This document shows, in pieces, positions 17,802 to 27,334 of a DNA stretch of 64,000 nucleotides. Source of the stretch: a virus; IMG/VR virus record IMGVR_UViG_3300035703_000038, positions 1-64,000 of that record; one strand, given 5' to 3'. The position numbers and the translations under genes are program-made. Within the stretch, counting starts at the first letter, position 1, and each line of letters starts with the position of its first letter. Under the pieces are notes generated by a model that saw nothing but the letters and a program-made list of their open reading frames with translations, was not told the DNA's origin and searched no databases.

Positions 17802-18228
17802 TGATTTCTCGTTCTGTTAGGATCTGGAACTTCCACTTTCTCTCATCGCAGAACTCTTGACAGGCTTTCCACTTAGCGTTATTGATACCCCAGTTCTTAA
17901 CATCGTGAATGTATCTTGGCGTCATTCTGCTTTTCTTTTCTGGTGGCTTAGTTTGTGATGATGGTTTAATCTCGATCACAATCTTATCAATATTGCCATT
18001 CTTGTCACGTCTTTTGATACTGAAGTCAGGGAAGTATCTATGGTATCTACCATCAATTGGCGAGATGTAAGGCACAAAGAACTCTTCACTAGACCACTCT
18101 AATACATCTGGATGCATATCCAAATAGTTCATCAATTTAAGCTCTAAAGATGAACGATAAATAACATTGGTGGGGTCACCTCTGTATTTTTGTGGATTTT
18201 TGACTTTATAACGCCCCTTATAACTCAT
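17785..18228 (-). CDS. gp4: head completion nuclease (gp4, TnsA-like)
   Basis: YKG.Y...NP.KY.GD...VIYRSS.E; WSSEE; YFPDF; EIKP; N.AKW.A. Confidence 0.93.
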   Translation of the reverse strand: MSYKGRYKVKNPQKYRGDPTNVIYRSSLELKLMNYLDMHPDVLEWSSEEFFVPYISPIDGRYHRYFPDFSIKRRDKNGNIDKIVIEIKPSSQTKPPEKKSRMTPRYIHDVKNWGINNAKWKACQEFCDERKWKFQILTEREINGYKY

Positions 18229-18233
18229 ATAGG

Positions 18234-18241
18234 TATTTATA
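18234..18241 (-). promoter_or_regulatory. T4 late promoter
   Basis: TATAAATA on the minus strand just upstream of gp4. Confidence 0.75.
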
Positions 18242-19206
18242 TGGCCGGACCAACAAGTAGAAACCATCCAGCTCTTGCGCTTTCACAGAAGAAAGGTGAT
18301 GGTACGAGATTAGCTGACCTTGTGTTTCCTACAGGGGATGGTAAGCTTGGAATGGGTATGTTGTTTAAGTTTGTTGAGTTTGAGCAGTCATTCAGTAGAG
18401 CTTCAAGTGGCTCTGTATCATCAAAAAACATTACGCAAGCTCACGTTGCTTTACCACTACCAGAGAACCTACAAGAGACATTGAATCTACAATATGATAC
18501 AGTAGACCTTGGTGCTGTTATGGCCGGCATCAAAAGTGGTGAAGCAGTTAGTGATGCTTTGTCAAAAGGTGGCCCTGGTAGTGCTCTAAGCACATTTGCT
18601 GGACGCTTACCCGGTGATGCTGAATTCCTAGCCAGAACATTGGCCCAAATTTCAGGTGGTGTAGGTGGTGCATTAAACATTGCTGCTGGTAATGTTCCAA
18701 ACCCATTTACAACAACAGTATTTAAAAACGTTGAGTTAAGAAGACACAATTTCAACTTTAGACTCGTACCTGAGACACCAGAAGACTCACAGGTAATTCA
18801 GAACATTATTAACACATTTAAAAAACAATCACTACCTACAAAGCAAGGTAATTTTTTAAAAATGCCTAAGGAAGTTGAGATTGAATTCTTTGGTACAAAC
18901 GCATTGTTTGGTTTTGGTAGATGTGTTCTTCAAGGTGTCACTGTCAACTATGCTCCTTCAAACCAGCCTGCATTCTTTAAGAACACTGGGGCTGGACTAA
19001 TTGGTGCTCCGCAAGCTGTTGAACTGCAACTACAACTAAGTGAAATTGAACAGCTGCTTGGCGATAGCTTCGATGCATATGGTGGTAATAGTGACCTTGG
19101 CGGCCGCACTTCACCAATTGGTGCTGAGTCCCAAGCTCGTGGTGAGAGACAAGGTAACCAGCTAAGAGACAATATCACCAATCCTGTTAACAAGTACGGA
19201 AGATAA
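18241..19206 (+). CDS. gp48: baseplate tail tube cap (gp48-like)
   Basis: LPLP.NL; NP.....F..V..R...F.F.L.P....DS..I..II..FK; C.L..V.VNY.P; L.L.E.E.L. Confidence 0.85.
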   Translation: MAGPTSRNHPALALSQKKGDGTRLADLVFPTGDGKLGMGMLFKFVEFEQSFSRASSGSVSSKNITQAHVALPLPENLQETLNLQYDTVDLGAVMAGIKSGEAVSDALSKGGPGSALSTFAGRLPGDAEFLARTLAQISGGVGGALNIAAGNVPNPFTTTVFKNVELRRHNFNFRLVPETPEDSQVIQNIINTFKKQSLPTKQGNFLKMPKEVEIEFFGTNALFGFGRCVLQGVTVNYAPSNQPAFFKNTGAGLIGAPQAVELQLQLSEIEQLLGDSFDAYGGNSDLGGRTSPIGAESQARGERQGNQLRDNITNPVNKYGR

Positions 19207-19208
19207 CA

Positions 19209-19745
19209 ATGGCTGACAAATATTTTAAAAACTTTCCTCTTGTTCAATATGGTGAGCATAGTGTCAGAAACATTATTCTCAAGGCTAAGCTTGCCAAGGA
19301 TGTTCTCGATAGATTTGACAACTTCTACCCATATACTGTAAAGGAAGGTGAGAGAATAACTGAAGTGTCATATGATTATTATGGCTCGATTGATTATGTC
19401 TGGTTAATCATGGCTTCTAATAGTTTAGTTGATCCATATTATGATTGGCCTCTCACCCAATCAGAATTTGATGGATATATTGTCAAAAAGTACGGTACAA
19501 TGGAAGCAGCTATGAATATCAACAATGCTAGCTACTACCGTAATCCAAATTACTCTTATTGGATGACAAAGACAACATACGACAATTCCAATGCAACTCA
19601 AAGATCAGGCTGGCAGGCAGTTGATAATTACACGTACGAGATTATTAAGAACGAAGAAAAAAGAAAGATACGTCTATTAGATAGAACATTTGCCCTAGAT
19701 GTATCTATTGAGCTTGAGAAATTATTCAAGAAGGTCAACTTTTGA
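19209..19745 (+). CDS. gp53: baseplate wedge subunit (gp53)
   Basis: YF..FP...Y; GER....S..YYG......WLI...N...DPY.DWP; YE...NE.KR.I.LL. Confidence 0.9.
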   Translation: MADKYFKNFPLVQYGEHSVRNIILKAKLAKDVLDRFDNFYPYTVKEGERITEVSYDYYGSIDYVWLIMASNSLVDPYYDWPLTQSEFDGYIVKKYGTMEAAMNINNASYYRNPNYSYWMTKTTYDNSNATQRSGWQAVDNYTYEIIKNEEKRKIRLLDRTFALDVSIELEKLFKKVNF

Positions 19746-21106
19746 TGAGTAGCCAACAGAACCTAGCTACATCATTCTTTTCCAATAAAGGTCAGGTAGA
19801 CCAGTTTGGTTATAAGATAATTCTAAGAAAGAGAACAAATAAGTCAGCCACAGAGACTGGCTTTGCAACCTACGTCAGACACTTTAGATTGTATGAGTCA
19901 TTGTTCTCAAAGTTCATGTATGTAGAGGGGCTAATTGTTGATGGTGGTGGCATGGTCCAACGTCTTGGTATCCAGCCAGGCGACATTATGGAGATTGACA
20001 TCTATAAAGATCCAAGTGATGAGAAAGAGATTAAGATCTCAAAAGAGTTTATTATCGAGCAGCTTGGTGGCCAGGATAGATCTGATGGACAAAAGAGCAC
20101 ACGCTATACATTCAGAGCAGTGTCTAATATTGGTTACCAGGGTCTAAAAAATAAAGTTAAGAAGGTGTTCAATAATAGAGGTAGCGAGATTGTAAAGGAA
20201 ATTGCCTCAACATATCTTCAAGTTGAACCAGGTACATTACAGGCAAACAATATTACAGACACATTTGGTGAGATTAATTATATTGCATCATCCGTAACAC
20301 CATTTGAGGCAATAGAGCATATTGCAGTTCAATCTATTGCAAAAGACAATCCAAATGACACCAACTTCTTCTTCTATGAAACTAGAGATGGTGTATACTT
20401 TAGGTCATTAGAAAAGATTGTGCAATCAGCAAACGCCTTCCCATACATCTTTGCTGTGCTAAAGAATAGAGATGATCAAACAGCATCTAAGGATTATTTT
20501 AGAATTAAAGAGTTTACCCATCATAATTCTATAGATCAAAGAAAGAATGTTGCTAATGGTTTACTAAAAAACAAGACAGTTGTATTCAATCCAATATCAA
20601 GAACAGTTGATGAAACAATCTTCAATCTAAAGGAAGAATACAAAGATATTATCCAGCTAGGTCCCCATTTGCTAATGGATAATGAAGAGATAGATAATTA
20701 TGTGGATGAAGACAATAGATTTACTGACGAAGAGCAGTCATTGTTTGTCAGATGTTCTGATGAAAGTTATGATAAGCCACAGGACTATATTTCATCTGCA
20801 AGACCAGTTCGCCAGGCTCAAAAGCTTCTAATGAACCAAACCGTAATGACTGTTACATTGTACGGTAACCCAAGAATCAAGCCAGGTGATATTATTGAAT
20901 TGGATGTTAACCAAGCAGCTGGCGACTCATCCCAGGAAAAAGACTTTGTGTTGAGTGGTAAGTTTATTGTTGGTAGCTGTGTCCATTCAATCACTGATTT
21001 GAATTCTTATGTAACAATTTGTGACATATTCAAGGATGGTTACGAAAGAAGTATTACAGATTATAGACGTGATATTAATTCACACTTTGTAAAGCCAAGA
21101 GCATAA
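19745..21106 (+). CDS. baseplate hub protein (gp27-like)
   Basis: YESLF, FFFYET..G..F.S.E, GNP....GD.I, LSGKF.V....H; lies between gp53 and gp5. Confidence 0.6.
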   Translation: MSSQQNLATSFFSNKGQVDQFGYKIILRKRTNKSATETGFATYVRHFRLYESLFSKFMYVEGLIVDGGGMVQRLGIQPGDIMEIDIYKDPSDEKEIKISKEFIIEQLGGQDRSDGQKSTRYTFRAVSNIGYQGLKNKVKKVFNNRGSEIVKEIASTYLQVEPGTLQANNITDTFGEINYIASSVTPFEAIEHIAVQSIAKDNPNDTNFFFYETRDGVYFRSLEKIVQSANAFPYIFAVLKNRDDQTASKDYFRIKEFTHHNSIDQRKNVANGLLKNKTVVFNPISRTVDETIFNLKEEYKDIIQLGPHLLMDNEEIDNYVDEDNRFTDEEQSLFVRCSDESYDKPQDYISSARPVRQAQKLLMNQTVMTVTLYGNPRIKPGDIIELDVNQAAGDSSQEKDFVLSGKFIVGSCVHSITDLNSYVTICDIFKDGYERSITDYRRDINSHFVKPRA

Positions 21107-21107
21107 T

Positions 21108-22763
21108 ATGTCTAAGATTACTGATGGTAGATCACAATTTAGTTCAATGACATGGTTCATTGGTGTTGTCGAAGATGTTAATGATCCTCTACTGATCAAT
21201 AGAGTCAGAGTTCGTTGCATTGGCTATCATCCTAAGGATAAAGCCCTACTCCCTACTGACAAATTGCCATGGGCTCCATTCATCTCATCTACAGCTATAA
21301 TGTCAGCTCCAATGGTCAACCAGGGCGATTGGGTTGTTGGCTTCTTTATTGATGGAGTCTTGGCTCAGCAGCCTGTTGTCATTGGATCATATATTAGTAT
21401 TCCAGAAACGCAAGCAAATGTTAATGATGGGTTTAATGATCCATCTGGCATCCATCCAAGACTGATTGGCGAAGGGACAAACTCTAGACATGCAAGAGGT
21501 GAAGAAGGCACGCCAGATAGAAATGCTGTAGCCTATACTAAGTCTTCTGCAACTGCAGCTGTACCAGTTGCAGATGGTACAAAGTTTACTGAACCACTCT
21601 CGCAGTTTGATGCAAGGTATCCGTATAACCATGTTCTGGAAACAGACCGTGGCCATGTGTTTGAGTTAGATGATACACCTGATGCAGAAAGAATCCAAGT
21701 GTTCCATAGGAAGGGATCATTTGTTGAATTCCATCCAGATGGCACTGTGGTTCATAGAGCAGTCAATAACAAATATCAGATTACATTAGAAGCAGATAAC
21801 ACATATGTTGGTAGCAACATGAATATGTCTGTTGTTGGCTCTGTTAATATTATTGCTGGTGCAAACACTAACATCTCAACAGTAGGAGATGCCAACTGGA
21901 GAGTTGGCGGTAATATGAACATTGATGTTGGTGGTAACTTCAATGTGGCAGTTGCTGGTGACACTAACATCGATACAGGTGGCACGACGATTGTATACTC
22001 TGAGAATAATGTCGAACTACAAGGCAACCAGGTCCACTTCAATAAGCCAACACCTAAACCACTTGGTGCTGTAAAGGAACCAGAGCTAATTGCTAAATCA
22101 TCTGGTGGTCCAACTGTATTTGAGATTCTGGCTACAGAGGATGATGTTGAGAAGTCTCTGGATGATCTCAATAAGATCAGAACTGATGCTGGCTTACCAC
22201 CAGCAAACAATGCTGTCAAGGAAGGCCAATCATCTACACCAGATGCAGGTGGTACAAATAAAGACATTAAGTGTGGCTCCGTCCAACTAAAAGATGATTA
22301 TAAGCAAGTTAAGATTTCAAAGAACTTCACATTAGCTGATATGACCCAGGGTGGTTCAAGAAAGCTCAAAGCTGCTGGTGGAGTCAAGGAAGAGGACATT
22401 CTATGTAACCTAGTTAAGTTAGCAGAAAATATTCTTGAGCCACTTAAAGCAGCCGGTTTCAAATTTACTATTACATCAGCCTATAGACAGGGTTCTGGCA
22501 AATCAGATCACGATGTTGGTAGAGCTGTAGATATTAAGGTCCATGGTTTAACCAACTTCCAGGCAGCTGAAAAGGTATATGCTGTCGTTGGTGCAATATC
22601 AAAGCAATTTCTTTTAGAGTATACAACAAATGGTGGTTCTGGTTGGATTCACATTGCCTATAATGGTGGCTCTAAGAGCGCTCTACCAATGGCTACATTC
22701 AACAACCATAGCACCTACGCAAGAAACAAGTTTGTAGACCTCAAGCCATCGGCGGTAGCATAA
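21108..22763 (+). CDS. gp5: baseplate spike gp5 with C-terminal M15-type peptidase domain
   Basis: OB-fold WF.GVVED..DP...RVRVR; YPYNHV..T..GH..E.DDTP..ERI; beta-helix repeats; C-terminal ISKNFTL...TSAYR...SDH..GRAVD...WIHI. Confidence 0.92.
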   Translation: MSKITDGRSQFSSMTWFIGVVEDVNDPLLINRVRVRCIGYHPKDKALLPTDKLPWAPFISSTAIMSAPMVNQGDWVVGFFIDGVLAQQPVVIGSYISIPETQANVNDGFNDPSGIHPRLIGEGTNSRHARGEEGTPDRNAVAYTKSSATAAVPVADGTKFTEPLSQFDARYPYNHVLETDRGHVFELDDTPDAERIQVFHRKGSFVEFHPDGTVVHRAVNNKYQITLEADNTYVGSNMNMSVVGSVNIIAGANTNISTVGDANWRVGGNMNIDVGGNFNVAVAGDTNIDTGGTTIVYSENNVELQGNQVHFNKPTPKPLGAVKEPELIAKSSGGPTVFEILATEDDVEKSLDDLNKIRTDAGLPPANNAVKEGQSSTPDAGGTNKDIKCGSVQLKDDYKQVKISKNFTLADMTQGGSRKLKAAGGVKEEDILCNLVKLAENILEPLKAAGFKFTITSAYRQGSGKSDHDVGRAVDIKVHGLTNFQAAEKVYAVVGAISKQFLLEYTTNGGSGWIHIAYNGGSKSALPMATFNNHSTYARNKFVDLKPSAVA

Positions 22764-23089
22764 TGCCAGCTATTGCCAGAAAAGATGACTTAGTTAAATC
22801 GCCAACTGGTGTCGGTAGTCAATGCGCTAGCCCCGTTGATACAGCTGTTGGTGAGGTGAATTCAAACTCAGTATTTGCCAACAATAAACTGATACCAGTT
22901 AAGGGTAACAAGGTTGCACCACACAACTTGAAAGGGTGCAAGCCAGATGAATCTACTCTCGACAAATACTCACCAAATGTGTTTATTGGCAATAAAGAGC
23001 TTGGTAGAATTGGCGATGAATATGCTACTGGTACTACAGAAGCCAATGTGATCACAAAAGGCTCACCAAATGTATTTGCAAATGGGTAA
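22763..23089 (+). CDS. PAAR spike tip protein (gp5.4-like)
   Basis: MPAIAR..D; SPNVF repeats; RIGD; GSPNVFANG. Confidence 0.85.
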   Translation: MPAIARKDDLVKSPTGVGSQCASPVDTAVGEVNSNSVFANNKLIPVKGNKVAPHNLKGCKPDESTLDKYSPNVFIGNKELGRIGDEYATGTTEANVITKGSPNVFANG

Positions 23090-23097
23090 TATAAATA
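23090..23097 (+). promoter_or_regulatory. T4 late promoter
   Basis: TATAAATA upstream of gp25. Confidence 0.8.
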
Positions 23098-23116
23098 ACT
23101 GGTAGAGAGGGGATCC

Positions 23117-23539
23117 ATGTCAAGTTATATCAAGAATACATCAACATTTGCAAAGAAGAATGCGAGATATTCTGATATCAGTATTGGCTTTGGCTTGAAT
23201 CCTTTCAATGAAGATGTAACAAGAATAACTGATGTAGATGCTGTTAAGAGATCTGTTAAGTCATTAGTAATGACAAACAAGTATGAGCGTCTGCTAGATC
23301 CAGTGATTGGTGGTAATATTAGAGCTCTATTATTCGAGCCAATGTCGCCATTAACTGAAAGTATTCTTGAAGATTACATCACCGAAACTATCAAAAACTA
23401 TGAGCCAAGATGCATTCTAGAGAGTGTGATAATCCAGGCAAACTATGACAATAATGCCTATAATGTCACAATTACATTCAGAGTTGATACTTCTGAAAAC
23501 CTTCAAACACTAGATTTTCTATTAGAAAGAGTAAGATAA
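23117..23539 (+). CDS. gp25: baseplate wedge subunit (gp25)
   Basis: YSD; AVKRSV..L..T...ER...P..G..I..LLFE; YEPR; LERVR. Confidence 0.93.
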   Translation: MSSYIKNTSTFAKKNARYSDISIGFGLNPFNEDVTRITDVDAVKRSVKSLVMTNKYERLLDPVIGGNIRALLFEPMSPLTESILEDYITETIKNYEPRCILESVIIQANYDNNAYNVTITFRVDTSENLQTLDFLLERVR

Positions 23540-23540
23540 C

Positions 23541-25340
23541 ATGGCTAATGGATTCCTTACAACATCGGAACTAGATTTCCAAAACTACAAATCAAGCCTA
23601 AAAACATTCCTATCTCAGCAGGATGTGTTTAAGGATTACGATTTTGAAGGATCTAACATGGCTGTGTTGCTGGATCTGCTAGCATATAACACCTACATGA
23701 ATGGTGTCTACCTAAACATGGTAGGCAGTGAAATGTTCTTAGACACTTCTCAACTACGCGAATCAATCGTTTCTCATGCTAAAGAGTTAAACTATACACC
23801 ACGTTCTAGAACAGCTGCTACTGCATTTGTTGATATTACAATTACACCATCTGATGCACCTGATTCAATTACAATTCCAAAGTACTACGAGTTGAATGGT
23901 AGAACAGAAGATAACACAACCTACTACTTTACAACTGACGAAGCTGTAGTTATTAGAGCAAACAATGGTGTGTATAAGGCTGCCAATGTTGCTGTATACG
24001 AAGGTAACATTGTAAGAGAAGTATTTGTTGCCAATGCATCAACTCGCTATCTATTACAATCAGCCAATGTTGATATTCAATCAGTAGATGTCACTGTTAA
24101 GGATTCAGCTGCTGCTACAGAAGAAGTCAAGTGGAATAGAGAGACATTCTTGTTTGGATTAGATAACACAGATAATGTGTACTTCATCCAAGGTGCAGAA
24201 GACCACTTGTTTGAGCTTGTATTTGGTAACGGTGATATTGGTAAGTCGTTGGTGGATGGCAATGTTGTTACTGTCAACTATAGAGAAACAAATGGTTTAG
24301 ATGCCAATGGTGTTGAGACATTTACAGCACCTAATGCAATTCAAGGCTATACAAATATTTCTATTGCTACAGTTGTAGCAGCTGCATCAGGCTCCGAACA
24401 TGAGACGGATGAAGAAATCAAATTTAATGCTCCTAGATACTTCCCAACACAAAATAGAGCTGTAACAGTTGAGGATTATATTGCGTTAACAAAGCAAGCA
24501 TTCCCATCTCTAGAAGTTGTTACAGCATATGGTGGTGATGAGGTAGAGCCAAAGCAGTACGGTAAAGTTATCGTTGCTGCTAAGCCAGTTGGTGGCACGA
24601 AGCTCTCTACACCTCTAAAGACTCAGATGTACAACTATCTGAAAGAGAGATCATCTATCTCTATTGACCCAGTTATTGTGGATCCAGAGTACTTCTTTGC
24701 AGAAGTTGTTACTGAAGTTCTATACAATATTAACCTAACAGCGAGATCAGCAAGAGATATCCAGGCTCTTGTGGAAGAAACTATTGCCACATGGGGTAAT
24801 GATAATCTTGAGAAGTTTGGTTCCGATCTAAGATACTCAAAGCTAGTTAGAGCAATCGATGATTGCGAAGATGCTATCATTAGTAATAACACTGAATTGA
24901 GATTGTTCAAACTAATTGAAGTCGATACAGGCATCCCATTCAGAATTTCTCTATCATTTGAAAATGAGCTGAAGCAAGAAATATCCTCGACAAGAAAGAT
25001 TTACGAAGATACAACATCAACAATTGAAACATCACTGTTTACATACAACTTAAACAATGTAGATTATCTTGCCAAGATTAAGGATGACACACAGGGTAAC
25101 CTTGTCCTCGTATCAACTGTTAATGGCCAGGTTCAATTGTTGAAGGATAAGATTGGTACTATTAATTATTTGACTGGTGAACTATCAATTGGTGAGCTAG
25201 TATATGAGGATGTTGGTACCAATGGCGAGCTTGAAATCTACGCAAGAACAAAAAAGCTTGACCTAGAAACAAAAGCCAATAAGATTCTACAAATTGATTC
25301 TGCTCGTCTTGTTGTTACTGTAAATGGTATTAGAGAGTAA
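23541..25340 (+). CDS. gp6: baseplate wedge subunit (gp6)
   Basis: LDF...K..L..FL..Q..F.DYDFEGS....LLD.LAYNT; QNRAVT..DY. Confidence 0.95.
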   Translation: MANGFLTTSELDFQNYKSSLKTFLSQQDVFKDYDFEGSNMAVLLDLLAYNTYMNGVYLNMVGSEMFLDTSQLRESIVSHAKELNYTPRSRTAATAFVDITITPSDAPDSITIPKYYELNGRTEDNTTYYFTTDEAVVIRANNGVYKAANVAVYEGNIVREVFVANASTRYLLQSANVDIQSVDVTVKDSAAATEEVKWNRETFLFGLDNTDNVYFIQGAEDHLFELVFGNGDIGKSLVDGNVVTVNYRETNGLDANGVETFTAPNAIQGYTNISIATVVAAASGSEHETDEEIKFNAPRYFPTQNRAVTVEDYIALTKQAFPSLEVVTAYGGDEVEPKQYGKVIVAAKPVGGTKLSTPLKTQMYNYLKERSSISIDPVIVDPEYFFAEVVTEVLYNINLTARSARDIQALVEETIATWGNDNLEKFGSDLRYSKLVRAIDDCEDAIISNNTELRLFKLIEVDTGIPFRISLSFENELKQEISSTRKIYEDTTSTIETSLFTYNLNNVDYLAKIKDDTQGNLVLVSTVNGQVQLLKDKIGTINYLTGELSIGELVYEDVGTNGELEIYARTKKLDLETKANKILQIDSARLVVTVNGIRE

Positions 25341-27334
25341 TGAGACAACTAGAAAGTTACATTTCACCATTTATTGCTGATCAGTTTCCTTCAATCTATA
25401 AGGAAGAAGGTCCTCTATTCATTGCTTTCGTCAAGGCATACTTTGAGTGGCTAGAATCAAATGGTCAAGTTGTAAATGATTCAAGACGCTTGCTCGAATA
25501 TAGAGATATTGATAAGACAGTAGATGAATTTGTCAACCAATTTAAAAAGAAGTATATGTTCCCTATCCCAGAAGATATTGCTGGTGATAAGAGACTACTA
25601 CAGAAGCACATCAAAGAAGTATACGGATCAAAGGGTACAGAACGTGGCTTGAAGCTTCTGTTCCAGCTACTGTTTGGTGATTCAATCAGTGTCTATAGAC
25701 CTGGCGATGATGTTTTCAGATTATCAGATGGTGATTGGAGTAGAGACATCTACCTCGAGGTTGCCTATAAGCCATTCAATTCACTATTTGTTGGTGAGTT
25801 TATCAGAGGACGTATCTCTGGTGCCCGTGCCTATGTTGCAAGCTTCCAGACAAAATATGTTAATAATAAAAACATTAACATCTTCTATTTAACTGATGTT
25901 CAAGGCAACTTCCTATACGATGAAGTAGTTCTTATTGATGAAAATAGATTGGCACCAGGCGTTGCCCCAGCTGTATCTGCTGTCAACTCACCAAAAATTA
26001 TTGGCTCACTAACAGAAGTAGATGTAACAAATAGATCATCTCCATTTGGATACACAGTTGGTGAACAACTTGAAGTCCAAGGCTCAGGCAAAGGTGGTAA
26101 GGTTGTTGTTACGAGTTTGCAAGAGCTAGATGGTACTGTATCATTTTTCCTAAAGGATGGTGGTTCAGGTTATACAGTCAACACAACAGTATTCACAATA
26201 TTTGGTCCAGTCACAGGTGTTGTGGTAGAGGCTGGTGGCTCAGGATACGCAAATTCTGACTACCTAATATTTTCTAATGGCACATCACTTGGATATGCCA
26301 ATCTTGTAACGAATAGCTCTGGTGGTATTCTCAATAATACTGCAACTGGCCAGACATACTTCTCAGTCACCAATGGTGGTAACGGATTCCAAACAGCACA
26401 GACATCCGTTGTAGTTACCATTGCCAACTCAACTGGTGGTGTATCAGGTGGTGTTGGTGCCAATCTAGTACCTACAATTGCTGGTGGTGGCGATGGCGCT
26501 GCTCTGAGAATTGGTGGGCTATCAGATCTTAAAAGTATATTTGGTTCCATTGTAAAAATTAATGCTATTGGTCAAACTACAACATATCTTCCTACAGCAA
26601 ACAGTTATGATGATATGGTTATTGGTACACCATCCTACCCAACAGGCACAGGCTATGGTTTGTCATCCAACGTTGCTGCTGGCTTTGATACAATCTTGGC
26701 CGATGCATTGGATTACAAAATCTACGAAGTTGGCACAATATCTAAAATCTTTACTGTCAATCCAGGTTCTGATTATACAACAAACTTGACTGTTACTGCT
26801 GTGGATACATTAATTAGTCAGTTTAAATTTTCCGACCAAGAACATCCTGCCGGTAGAGGACCAACTGGTAGTGGTAGACTTGGTAATAATGCCATCGTTA
26901 CGGCTGTTACAGGATTTGGTTCAGATGCACTTGGTTCTGTTAAAGTAATTGACTCAGGCTTAGGTTATGAGCAAAATGAAGAAGTAACTCTTGTATCTCT
27001 TTCAAATACAAACCTTGTTACCTCTGGTACAGCTCTACTTTCAAAGCAGGGTCAAGGTCAAGGTGAGTTCAAATCAACAAGAGGGTTTTTGAGCTCAGAT
27101 AAGTACATACATGACAGTTTTTATTATCAAGACTATTCGTACGAAGTTAGATCGTCAATTGTGTTTAATAAGTACAGTGATCTGTTAAGAAAATTATGGC
27201 ATCCAGCAGGTGTAGAGAAATTTGGTCGCGTGTTGGTAAGTAGTGAAGTAACAGTTGCCACTCCAGATATCAATACACAAGGATATGTTGGTGATGGTAG
27301 CACAACAACGTTTGGCATTCCTGGTGGGGCATGA
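25340..27334 (+). CDS. gp7: baseplate wedge initiator (gp7-like)
   Basis: QFP.......P.F..F..AY..W; Y.SKGT...L..LF; DS.YYQDYSY; HPAG...FG; follows gp6. Confidence 0.8.
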   Translation: MRQLESYISPFIADQFPSIYKEEGPLFIAFVKAYFEWLESNGQVVNDSRRLLEYRDIDKTVDEFVNQFKKKYMFPIPEDIAGDKRLLQKHIKEVYGSKGTERGLKLLFQLLFGDSISVYRPGDDVFRLSDGDWSRDIYLEVAYKPFNSLFVGEFIRGRISGARAYVASFQTKYVNNKNINIFYLTDVQGNFLYDEVVLIDENRLAPGVAPAVSAVNSPKIIGSLTEVDVTNRSSPFGYTVGEQLEVQGSGKGGKVVVTSLQELDGTVSFFLKDGGSGYTVNTTVFTIFGPVTGVVVEAGGSGYANSDYLIFSNGTSLGYANLVTNSSGGILNNTATGQTYFSVTNGGNGFQTAQTSVVVTIANSTGGVSGGVGANLVPTIAGGGDGAALRIGGLSDLKSIFGSIVKINAIGQTTTYLPTANSYDDMVIGTPSYPTGTGYGLSSNVAAGFDTILADALDYKIYEVGTISKIFTVNPGSDYTTNLTVTAVDTLISQFKFSDQEHPAGRGPTGSGRLGNNAIVTAVTGFGSDALGSVKVIDSGLGYEQNEEVTLVSLSNTNLVTSGTALLSKQGQGQGEFKSTRGFLSSDKYIHDSFYYQDYSYEVRSSIVFNKYSDLLRKLWHPAGVEKFGRVLVSSEVTVATPDINTQGYVGDGSTTTFGIPGGA

